From: Psilocybe cubensis
Taxonomy: Eukaryota
Direction of reading: 5' to 3'
Length of the DNA: 64,000 nt
Assembly (NCBI GenBank): GCA_017499595.2
Contig: CM039007.1
Location: 744,001-808,000, forward strand
Made by a program: the position numbers and the translations under genes. The notes beneath the pieces are model-generated. The model was not told the origin of the DNA, ran no database searches, and saw only the letters and a list, made by a program, of their open reading frames with translations. Numbering within the stretch: the stretch's first letter is position 1; every line of letters begins with the position of its first letter. Shown one piece after another: positions 53,110 through 64,000 of the stretch.

Positions 53110-53701
53110 AGATTGGGCTCATCAGGAACCAGCACCCCCTTAGGTAAGCAAAAGTTGGCTTACCTCCGAACCTTTTCAACCCTTCTGCACTCACACTATT
53201 CTACATTTTTGAACCACAGATATGTAGGTTATGCTTCTTTGAACACATCTGTGGTTTTTTTTTTCAAAAAAATTTTGATCTCAAGAAGTTATAAAGATTT
53301 TAATTTTTTTCCTTTTTTTTTAGTCTAACACGTCAGAAATGGTGTTTTCTCGAGTTTGGGAGATTTTCGAAAATTTGACAATGTTCTTTTGGCCGCTTAT
53401 ATAATGGTACACGTGACCACACGTGACAATAAGTCACGCCTAAGTAATACCTCTCAGACTCATTATGGACTTCCAGAGACTACAATTTGACCTCTGAGGT
53501 GTAATTCTATTATTGTGGGCATAAAGGCTAGTAGTAAGGATTGTATATGCACATTTATGAATTTTTTTTTTTTAAACTTTTTGTCTGAAACCATTTTCCG
53601 TCAACATAACTTTTGATTTTTTTTTCGAGCTGGATTTTGGCCGCTCTTGGCGCCAAGCCCATTGATTACGTAAGGGTGCTGGTTTCTGATGAGCCCAATC
53701 T
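53110..53701. mobile_element. MITE-like element (592 bp), ~28-bp TIRs, AG...CT ends, apparent 6-bp TSD TAAGTA
   Basis: AGATTGGGCTCATCAGGAACCAGCACCC pairs with GGGTGCTGGTTTCTGATGAGCCCAATCT. TAAGTA occurs at 53104-09 and 53702-07. The interior is AT-rich. Confidence 0.8.
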
Positions 53702-55102
53702 TAAGTATTTCCTTGTGGTGACAGGATGCAGAAGCGCGTGTTCGCCGCGTGGATCGATGGGCTTTCAGTATGAGCATCCGATCCATATCCATGGCGCGCT
53801 CGGAACTCATATTTTGGGTGGTGAATGTGCGATCGCGGATACTGTATCTGCCTGCGTTAGTTGGAACGCGAACGTGCCGCTGGTGGGATGCGATGATGAT
53901 TGAATTGATCGGCACACGACTCACACTGTCGAATTCGGAGTCGTCGGCACGACCTCATTGTCCGCGTCCTTCCGCGTCATCGTCCACGGTCATCTGCGGG
54001 CGGTGTTTGAATTCCTCCAGTTCGTCTTCGGCGCGGAAGCAGTCTGTAGGTTACCAAGAATCCAAGTCCAGGGTTGTGATACAAGTAGAGTCATCACGAT
54101 AATAAATATATATATCCTACACACATACATACACATACCTCCCTACTTCAACATATCCCTTCAGTGCCCAAGGCACACCACAGCGACTCCCACCGCCCAT
54201 CGGCTTGCGCAACTTTGACCCACCCAACAACAACAACAACAAGCCGGGCGATCACGCGACACGCGAACCGCTGAACAAGGGCACTAGTACCAGGGGTCCC
54301 GGCACGGAGCAGAGACCCCGAGCGTCCAAACGCACCTCAGACCGCAACCACCACGAGCCCCCCCGGCATCGATCAGACCCTCCCCACCCCACATTCACAC
54401 AACACACACTTCACCACACCACTTTACCCATCTACCCTTCTCTACTCTACCCTACTCTACCCTACTCTACCCTACCTGCCTATCTTACCCTACCCTTTCC
54501 CTTTCCCTTTTCTATACACACGCTCTCTCCTGTCTGTCCCTCTCCAGCGCTAGCGCTAGTCAGGCACCCGTTCACTGTTCCCCCCACCGACAACGAAACG
54601 AAACGACGTTCGGAGAGTGTATACGCTCTTTGGATATCCCGCCTTTTTAGAGTTTATAGTTTTTGGTTTTTTTGGGAGGGTGGTTACTGGTAAGGGAGAA
54701 TCAGTTTGTTTGGTCGAAAAATTCTCACTTGGGGTTTCTTGGCATTTGCACTCGCGCTGGTACTTGGACCTGGACGGGCATCTAGCTTCCAGGTTCGCTT
54801 CGCTTTGCATTGCATTGCATTGTATTGGATTGCATTACAGTGCGGCTGACTTTGATCGAGACGACGAGCCAACTTTCCGGCGCTAAGACATACCTACACG
54901 CGCGCGCAAGTGCAAGTGCGAAGTCTACCGGGACCTTTTAATCGTCATCGAGCTCGAGCTAGGGGCGAGGTATATTTAACCGGACAAGACGAGATTCTAG
55001 AGACGAGAAGAGAAGAGAAGAGAAGGGACTTGAGACGAGACGAGTAGGATTAGGATTATTGGAATTTGTTGATTGGTGATTGGTGATTTGGTGATTTTTG
55101 GT

Positions 55103-58100
55103 ATGGGAAAGAAGGCAGCTAAGGGCGGGAAGGGCCCGCTTCCACATCGTGAGTTTCTTGCTCCCTCTCTTTAATCCAATCCAATCACTCCTCCGTTCCA
55201 CTCTGTTGCGTTGTATTGCATCCCCCGTGTATTCCAACCACCTACCCCTGCCCTACCCTTTCCCCACCCCGCCCTTCATGCACACGGCACACACATTGCA
55301 TGCAAATTTTTTTATCACACACGCATGCACGCATGCGCACCACGAGGCGGCGGCCGGGTTGTCGGGTGTCGGGTGATGGATGCGAGAGTGCGGCATTTAG
55401 ATGTTTTACCCCGCACTTTCTTTATCCCGCTCCGGTGCCGGCATCGTGTTGTACCCCCTTCACTCCTTATTTCCTCATGTTGTGTCCGCCGTGTGCATCG
55501 CGCACGCGCATATATCTATCGCTACTGCGCGCGCGTGTGTTGTGTATTCAAGGAATGATTGTGCTCATTGGATGATGTGCTGATGTTTGCTTTTTATGTT
55601 GCAGTACGTCAACGGACGACACGGTCGTCTAGAGGGCGTGTACGTCTACTTTCTTTTTCTTTTTATATGCCGTGCGCTGATTATGGTCTATGTGCTGTCT
55701 TTTTGGTTATATTCTTCCGGTTCATTTACTATACGTCGTTCATCACACACCTTTTTCAACTCTACCACAGCTCCTACAACCCACGCCCTCCGCCTCGCTC
55801 CCCGACCAGCTGCGGCTGCTCGGGCTATACGCCGCGCCGACGATAGGCGACGGCAACTGCCTCTTCCGCGCGCTCGCGGACCAGGTGCACGGCTCGCCTG
55901 TGCGCCACGCCGAGGTGCGCCGGGACGTGTGCGATTGGATCGAGAAGTGGGGGGAGAGGTATGAGGGGTTTGTAGAGTTTGAAGGGAGCGAGGAGGATGA
56001 GGGGCGGGGGAAGAGTAAAGGGAAGGAGAAAGAAAAGGAGAAGGAGAAGGATAGCGGGGCAGGGGCAGGGGAGGATAAAGGTGAAGGCAGTAGTAACAGT
56101 GCGGGGAAAGGCCCGTCGCCGCGTCTTGCGGCGTATTTGAGGAATATGCGGCAGAATGGGACGTACGGTGGTCATATGGAGCTCTCGGCGTTTGCGCATA
56201 TGACGAGGCGCGATGTGAAGGTTGTGCAGCCGGGCTTGGTGTATGTTATTGAGTGGCGCGCGGGGAGTGGGAGTGGGTCGGGGTCCAGTGCGGAGAGCCA
56301 GAGTCAGAGTCAGGAGAAGAAGGAAGAAGAGGTGAAGGATGCTGCTAAGCCTGTTTCTGTTTCTGCTTCTGCTTCGATAGCGACGAGCGCTACGCCGGTG
56401 TCGAATAGACGCGCGACGCGCTCTGCGAATGCACTGTCAGCTCCTCCGGCCAAGGTCCCGCCGAAAGACAGAGACGAGGGCAAGACGAAGGTGAAAACGG
56501 GGCGGCATGGATATTACGTGTTGGAGGAGGTGAGCAGCGATGAGGAAGATGATAAGCAGGCGTTGGGGTTGGGTTTGGGTAACCGTAGGGGTGCGAGTCG
56601 GGGTACGGCACCGGCGGCGTCGGCAGAGGTGAGTGAGAAAAAGGAAGAGAGGGAGGTGCAGCAGCAGCTCGTTGCACCTGAGCCGACGCCGTCACCGACG
56701 CCTGCGCCCGTGTCGGCGGAGGTAAAGCATGAGGAGGAGGAGCAGTCGGGAGGGCCGACGGTGTATGTCGCGTGAGTGTCTTTATTTTCTCGTGTTTGCT
56801 TTTGTCGGTGTCATGCCCATATATACTCCGCGATCTCGTTTGATCTCTCGGAGATTTGGCTGGTTATGGACATCTACTTTCTGTTTTTGGGGGTGTTTTG
56901 TCGTTTCCTTTTTTTGTGCTCGCCCTTGCTTTGGGTTTATGGCGTGTGCCTGGTTTTGATTGATCTATTTTGCGTTTGTTGCTAACTAAGGCCGGATGTA
57001 TGCGCGTACAGGTACCATGACTGGGAACATTTCTCCTCCATCCGCAACCTGCGCGGTCCACATACAGGCCTACCCAACATCCAAGAAACACCCGCGCACT
57101 CGCATCCGGCATATGTGCCTCCAGCAGACACGGTCTCCGCGCCAGCGGCGCTGAGCAAGGAAGCGTTGAAAGAACGCGAGCGCGAGAAGAAGCGCGAAAG
57201 GAAGGAGAAGGAGCGTGAGAGGGAGAGGGAGCGTAGGGAGAAGGGCAAGGAGAAGATTGTTAGTGCGAGTGCTAGTGCTAGTGCGGGGTTGAAGGTCAAG
57301 TTGAAGTTGCCGGCGAGTAAGACGGGGACGCCTGCGCCTAGTGCGTCTGCGTCTGTGTCTGCGTCTGCGCCGGTGGTTTCTGCTGTGGCGGCACAGGCGC
57401 AGGCGCAGGACCCATTGGCGGTTCCGCTTCCAACGTCCCGTTCAGCGTCGCCGTTCCCTGTGTCGTCGTTGGCTTCGACTTCGACTTCAGCTTCTGGTTC
57501 GACTGGCTCGCGGTCTCCGCAACCGCAGTCACAAACCCAGCCACCGTCGTCTACATCAACTATCTCCTCCACCTCCACATCTACATCTACATCGTTATCA
57601 ACTTCAACGCATACAGCTATCTCTCCTGGTGTAAATATCAACCTCAACCTCAACCTCCAAGCGCCGCATATGGCGCATCTGCACGCTAGCCCCCTCGCTC
57701 TCGCTCGACATCACGAGCAGCAGCAACAACACTCACACCTGCACCACCGCTCGCCGAAGCGCTCGTTTGACGAGTCGAGTGCGAGCGGTGGGGACGGGGA
57801 GAGTGCGAGTGGGAGTGAGAAGCGCAGTCGGAGGCGGGTGGGGAGTGTTAGTGTTGGTTCTGTGCCGGGGGATGTGAGGCTGAGAGCCTCGGTTGGTGGA
57901 GAGAATATGGATGTTGATGTTGATGTTGTTGAGGTCGAAGGCGAGGGACAAGGCGAAGGTGAAGGCGAAGGTGAAGGTGAAGCGGGCACACCAGGGCTAT
58001 CAGCGCCCGGGTCGAGCTCGTCCGAGACGAGTTCGGAGGTTGTCTCTGAAGAGGAAGAGGGCGATGCCGACGAGGGTGGCGGTGATGCCCGTCACCCTCA

Positions 58101-58656
58101 TCATATGGACGCTGTAGATGACGACGAGATGTCAGCGCTCTCGTCGGTCCCGCCAACACCCCCACCCGAGCCCGAGCTCGATCTGGACGTCGTCCAGGAA
58201 GAACACGATATGGACGATATGGATATCCCGCGCATTGTGAATGCGCGGTTGTCGCCTCCGCCTTCTTCTACAATGTCTTCCCTCTCCAACTCCCATTCTA
58301 ATTCCAATTCCAAAAAGCCCAAGTCGCGTAAAGGCACACCCCTCTCCTCCACCTCCACCTCCACCTCCTCCTCGCAAAACACGTACACGGCACAGTTGGG
58401 CCCTAAAGAGCTGACACGACGTCAGCGCAAGGCGCTTGGGCTGCCGAAAGCGCGTCCTCGTCCGGCGGGGGGGATGAGTGCGGGCAAGATTGTTATTCCT
58501 GGAGGGAGGTGGACGGGGCGGGAGATGACGCCGCCTGGTGTGGGTGTGGGTGGAGGTAGGGATGGAGGAGGGGGGGATGGAGAGGAGGAGGAGGAGTGGA
58601 GGAGGAATGGGACGGGACGCTTGGATGTTCGTGGGTTTAGGGAGTTGAAGATTTAG
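55103..58656 (+). CDS. OTU-domain deubiquitinase with long low-complexity C-terminus
   Basis: MGKKAAKGG...|RTTRSSRGR|...LGLYAAPTIGDGNCLFRALADQ, GTYGGHMELSAFA, VYVA|YHDWEHFSSIRN. The catalytic Cys and His are present. The start exon is inferred. Confidence 0.85.
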
Positions 58657-58979
58657 ATTTTTTGGGGGGTTTGGTGCTTTGAAGTTTGGGTTTTGGAATT
58701 TGGAGTTTGGGTGTTTGTTTTGGTTCCTTTGTGTGAAGGAGAAGGTGGGAGAGGTGGTGGAATGCGCTCTGACCCGCGCCCGTGCGTGTGGTGCCCCAGA
58801 TGTTTGATAGACACCATCGCGATCTGCAATCTGCAATCTGCAGCCAACCTGACCCAACCCCCAACCCATAAGCGACGACCGATCTGCAGTTTCAATCCAC
58901 CCTCTTCGTCCCGTGGATCTCCGAGATACACCAACCACTCACCTCCTCCTCCTATACCGAGGTCGGGTGCTGCGTACAT

Positions 58980-59011
58980 TGTACAGTGTACAGTGTACAG
59001 TGTACAGTGTA
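58980..59011 (+). repeat. (TGTACAG)4.5 tandem repeat
   Basis: Direct reading. Confidence 0.85.
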
Positions 59012-62000
59012 AAAATCTGAAGAAGAACTTGTGCTCGTTGCGCCCGAGGTATCTCGCACCTTTGTAGCCCCGCTGTGGATAATGGTCGATCAGGGTCGAT
59101 CCCTGGCCTGGGACTTGGACTAGGGATTCGAACGACTTTGGACATGGATGGCGTGGTCGTAGCTGGGATACTAAGCTCGCTCGATAAGCACGAGTGAAAC
59201 CTATTCGCATTATGTGGCATGGTGATGGATTCCGTAGAGTTCGTCCCGTGCGACGGTCAATTATTGCGGATGCACTATGCTCCGCCTGTATGTGTCGTTT
59301 GGTGGGCGGCGATTGCTCGCACTCGGGCGTTGGTATACGGTGAAACGACGAAACGATGAAACAATGAACGAGCACGAACGAGTAGAGCGATGCGGTATGC
59401 AGTTGGGCGTGAGGCGCCTATATTCTCTCGTGGTCCCCCCCAAGGCCTGAACCTCGGCTCGATGATCAAAGTCAAAGATCAGCCTTGTGGAAAACAACAT
59501 CGCTATCTCACGTATCGTCTTGCATAATGGTTCTTTCACTTTATTTCTCTCTCTCTCTCTCTTTCCTTTCTATCTTTTCTCCTCCCGTTTTTTTCTCTCG
59601 TTCGAAAGGCTTCTTCTTTCTTACATTTACATTTACATTGCCTGCGTCGTTATTTATTCAAAGGTTCCTCATTTCCTTTTTATTTTTTCTTTTTTTCCCC
59701 TCATTTCTCATTTTCTCGTTCTATTTTTTCATGTGTTTCAACTCTTGTATACGATGACGTTCGACGTCGACGCCTAAAACTACTGCTCTGCTGTAGTTGA
59801 TGTCGTTTAGAATCGGGCGTTCGGCGTTTCGGCGTCTTCCTTTTGTACACCAAGTATTCATCGATCATCCTTTATTTATTTTATTCATACGAGTCAACTG
59901 GCTGGCTTGACCCTCCGATGTCCATGTTTGAAGTGGGCAATTTGCGTTTTTTCAAACCCTTTTGCACAAACATCTTTCAACTTTCACAACTTTTCAATTT
60001 TTTCAACTCTCAAACTTTCACCCTTCCCGACACACCGCATTGCATCGCTATTACATCTACATACAAGCACACACGGCATTCGCACAGACAATACTCGCAC
60101 GGCAGAAGCATCATCGTCGGCCAATCGACTTTTCTTTTTTTTTTCTCATCTCCTTCCTTCCTGTCTGCACGTTTTCTCATACGCATACGCATACGCACTT
60201 GAATGCATACATACATATACGTCAACCCCGCATCACATCATACCACACCGCATACCACATCCATCCAATCATCCAATCATCCAACCATCCAACCATTGTC
60301 ATCACTTCGACTTTCCTCGCACACAAATCACAACAACAACCTACAATCTCAGAATCTTCATTGAACTCTTATAGTCTCTGTTTTTTTATTTTTTTGCAAG
60401 CGACACGACACGACTTATTATGACATGACGTTCCAGATTTTCTTTTTTTTCTTTTTTTTACACTTCTCACTCTCGGTTGCGAGAGGGAATTTCTAAGTTC
60501 CAAGTTTCATCCTCCTTTTTTTCATATTTATTTCTTGGTTTGGGTTTTGGTCGTAGTAGTAGAAGTAAGTAAGTAGTATAGGCATAGGCATACGCATACG
60601 CATAGCACAGATAAATTGCAATTTGTAGATTCTGGTCTGATCGTTCTGGATGGGGTCAAGTGAGCTTTTGACGTTCAACCTCACTGTAGTCGTCGAAGAT
60701 GGTAGATAACAGAGGGGACGTGATTTGAGTTTGAATCCCTGGAATTTGATTCTGCGCGTACGAGGATATAGTTTGTGGTAGTGGTTATTTTCTTTTCAAT
60801 CTTGGAAATGGATAATGGATAAAAACGATGGAATTGGGATGCCGGGTGGCCACGAGAGCCTACATTACATTATCAACACGGTGGTATATAAGGGCCGAGG
60901 GTAGACTGCAGCTACTGGTACCGGTAAGATCTTGATATCTACTCTCACACCCTAATCGATGGTACACCTGCTCTTCTGACGCTACCCTCCACATGCATAG
61001 AGTTGAAGTATCTAGCTTTGCTCCGTTGTCAATTTTTCCGGCAATATTCTTTCTCCTGTCTTGGGGTCTCAGCCAGGTCTGGCTCTGACAGCATATTGTC
61101 GCTGTGCTATGGCTGATTTGACTGCCTGTCGCACGCCCAAGTATACGTGGACGTAAATCGATCAGCGGTCTGAGCATCTACCAGTTAGAGAGGGAACTCC
61201 TTCCATGATCAATCGTGAGACCGACACCCGCTATCTTTGATTGCTCTATGGATTCGGAGACACGCTGGTGTCCTGGAGCATGCAGCGGCAGTGTTCGTGT
61301 CCGCGGCTGACGGTGCACGCGGAAGTTGGGTGAATATCCTTCTCTATGTCGAGGCACAGTCGAGGCACAGTCGCTGATCGGATGGTTCGTCGGATTGAAT
61401 GACGGGTGCATAGTGCTGGAATGACTGATAAGAAGTTCAAAGAGTAGGAGTGATGAGAACGCGATGCGAACTCTTGCATTACATGAGTTGGCGAAGTTCT
61501 CTCCCTTTCCATAATCTCCCAACAGATCGTCTTTCGGCGTTTGTGGGAGACACTTGTGGATTATAAGCACACTATCAAAAGTCATATGTTGCGCTTAGTT
61601 CTGAAGTCTATGCTCTCTTACCCTTCCGCCACTGCTGACAAAATCTCGATCATGGTTTTATCTAGTAGAAGGAGTGATAATGTAGTAGGAAGCCGTATGA
61701 ATAGCTTGTCGATACTGTGCTGGCATGAATATATCCGAGGACAGATTTCTCTGTATGTTCTCCGGCGTATGGGTGCTCCTGTTCAGTGAACATCGTAGTC
61801 TCCTCAAATTCTAAGAAATGTCATTTTGATATTCTGCATTCTCAAACTGCCAAATCTCCAATGTAGGCCTAGATATTCCCACCACTGCCTCTTTTATCGA
61901 TCAAACCACACACTCATGGCGCCACTCATCAAGGTGTATAGTGCAATTGTTCCGTCAAGTTTGTGTGTAATACCGTAGTCGCTTTTTGATATTCTCTGGA

Positions 62001-62386
62001 TATGATTCTCTCAGAAGCCATACCAATAACGCATCTGCTGGTATTCTGTCAAGGAGGACTATTCTATGGTCCCAAAGTGTTATTGACCATGATCTATTTT
62101 TAGCTCATCACTGCACGCCTCGACACGCGCGCGTGACGCGTCGCGCTTGCGCACACGTGATCCAATATTTGTATCTTGATGGGCACGCACCACGCAAGAT
62201 AGGGGCGATGGCAAGTTCAACCTCACAGTAACCTCTCAGGCGTCAGGCGCAATTGTAACAGATTGAAAGCATTAAATGATAAGAAAGTGCATAGACATAG
62301 ATGTATTAATATTTAAGAAGGATTATAATGCCTCTGCGAGTATATTCAACCATAAAATCCGCCGGCCAGGATTCGTAGAGGCGTTT

Positions 62387-62804
62387 CTACGACTCGGACG
62401 TCATCCTCTTCAAGAGCTCGATGAACTCCTCGGTGCCACCAATAGACTTTATATAGTCGTTGTTCCTTTGCATTCTTACAACAACGCTTCGGTGGAACTA
62501 TATAAGAGGAGGAAGAAATATCAGTAAGTAAATGGATGTGCGCGAAACCACAGTGCCTAGTACTGACCTCGCAATCTTCGCAGCCCTCCACAAAGGTGAT
62601 GCCATGGGCAAAGCAGTCGGTCCAAGCGCCTGTTCTCTCCGCTGTAAACACAGGCTGCGTCCGAAGATTGCTGCTACCAGCCACCGGCGCTGAATGGTTG
62701 GACCTCGGCGCTGGCTGTGCGGGCTTGGGAGCAAGGCCAGCTTGTCGACTGAGTACGGTCTCGCGCAGGCTCCTCGAAGACTTTGACTTGCGGGCTTTAG
62801 GCAT
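62387..62804 (-). CDS. Small basic protein with one C-x2-H-x7-C-x2-C motif, one intron
   Basis: MPKARKSKSS...CFAHGITFVEGCEDCE|gtcagt...tatag|FHRSVVVRMQRNNDYIKSIGGTEEFIELLKRMTSES*. Confidence 0.55.
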
Positions 62805-63531
62805 GATAGGTTGCGCTGTGGGGGCCCGGGATCTGATTAGTATGTTTCTTGTGCCACCACTAGTGTAGGGCACCGACCTTGGTGGGGATAGAGACAGATA
62901 AAGTAGGCGGTAGGGAGAGCGAGCGGGATATAACGCAATGCACAGCACTGGTTATCAACAAGGATGATGGGCGTCGAGGTATAGAGTTGGGGGAGAAAAT
63001 TTGGGACGGGGCCGCGGTTTATATACCTCAAGGGTTCGTGTATTCCTAACTTGGACGTCAACGAAGGAGACCACATGGGATCCTTCCTAAATCGGAATTG
63101 TTGGGCCAACAATGCCAGGAGGCACCGACACTGCCGCCTGACTCTCTGGAAGACAATGGACCTTCGGCAAACCGGTTCCAGAAAGGGAAGTCGGGAAAGT
63201 TATCCCCATTCCTTGTTCAGTGACGAGCGAAAGGGTACTTATTGCTGGAGGACACCTCGCACAAGGTCCCCCTTGAGTACAGCCAAACCCCTAGCTGCAC
63301 GTTCAATTGCGCCGTCCAGTTTAATTGACAGGAATACGTTCTCTTGGGGTCCTTTTCACCGCTCCCGTGGGAATAAAGGCGAACGTTGAACTTTGAAAAA
63401 AATCCAAATTTGCCAACGCCCGTGCCACTACGAGTCACTGTCCTGCCATGCCACACAAACCCTTGTATTACATGTGGTATAAGTTTACCGCACCCACAGG
63501 CACACAAACTTCCTCTTCTCACCTTACTACC

Positions 63532-64000
63532 ATGAACACACCATACACCCTCCGCTTCATCTCCAGCCGGAACAGCACCTACAACGGCGAACACGACCTC
63601 GTCCTCCCGGCACACAAGCTCGAGCAGCTGCACGACGCCGTCGACGAGCTCAACACCGCGCAGTTGGAGCATAAAGTGGAGATGTACTTTGCACTCCCGA
63701 TGGACGCGGACGCGGTGTGTGGCATGCTCGCTGAGCTCGCGAGCCTCCGCAAGATCGCGGCGTACGATAAATCGTTCGGGTTCATGCTCTCTGAGAAGAA
63801 TATCGCGTGTCTCGTTCTGGAGCGGTGGGATGATGTGCCGTGTGAGCGCTCAGCGGCGTATTATGATCTCTTCCGTCCGCAATTGTCAGTGTTTTTTGTT
63901 TTTTGCGTTGTTTTGGGAAGATATTCTGATGCTAACTGTGACAATCTTTCAGCCGCACGTTTTTACAGAAGCTGGATGTCATCTACGAATCCGTTTTAGG
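63532..64000 (+). CDS. Hypothetical protein, 5' part (runs off the window)
   Basis: GC3-rich ORF MNTPYTLRFISS... after a TATA-like GTATAAG. A probable intron ends in TTTCAG at ~63952. No recognisable domain. Confidence 0.55.

Noticed and set aside
59060-59150. tRNA-like pieces (GGGATTCGAAC = revcomp GTTCGAATCCC)
   Set aside because: I could not build a cloverleaf with acceptor and anticodon stems.
60860-61950. Minus-strand ORF fragments
   Set aside because: They could not be joined into a credible gene.
1-64000. CRISPR arrays, rRNA, operon-type prokaryotic systems
   Set aside because: The sequence is eukaryotic and spliced, and no repeat-spacer array or rRNA similarity was seen.

Overview
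This is intron-rich fungal DNA, most consistent with an agaric basidiomycete (inferred from short GT-AG introns and gene content). Conserved genes: a trehalose-6-phosphate synthase/phosphatase-family gene with a degenerate HAD motif, a SIT4/PP6 phosphatase, EMC1, a stand-alone two-domain dihydroneopterin aldolase and an OTU deubiquitinase. Accessory content: four copies of an uncharacterised multi-pass membrane gene, two tandem MYND/MSS51-like genes facing two tandem BCS1-like AAA ATPases, a local duplication carrying a SIT4 3' relic, and several non-autonomous TIR elements. Two of these have CACG...CGTG ends with 3-bp TSDs (one is a 1.3-kb near-perfect palindrome), and one has AG...CT ends with a 6-bp TSD. 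The most striking gene is an intact ankyrin + single AAA+ Skd3/CLPB-like disaggregase, a type usually described for animals and their close protist relatives; this copy appears to lack a mitochondrial presequence. All gene models were spliced by eye, so exon boundaries are approximate and no database searches were run.
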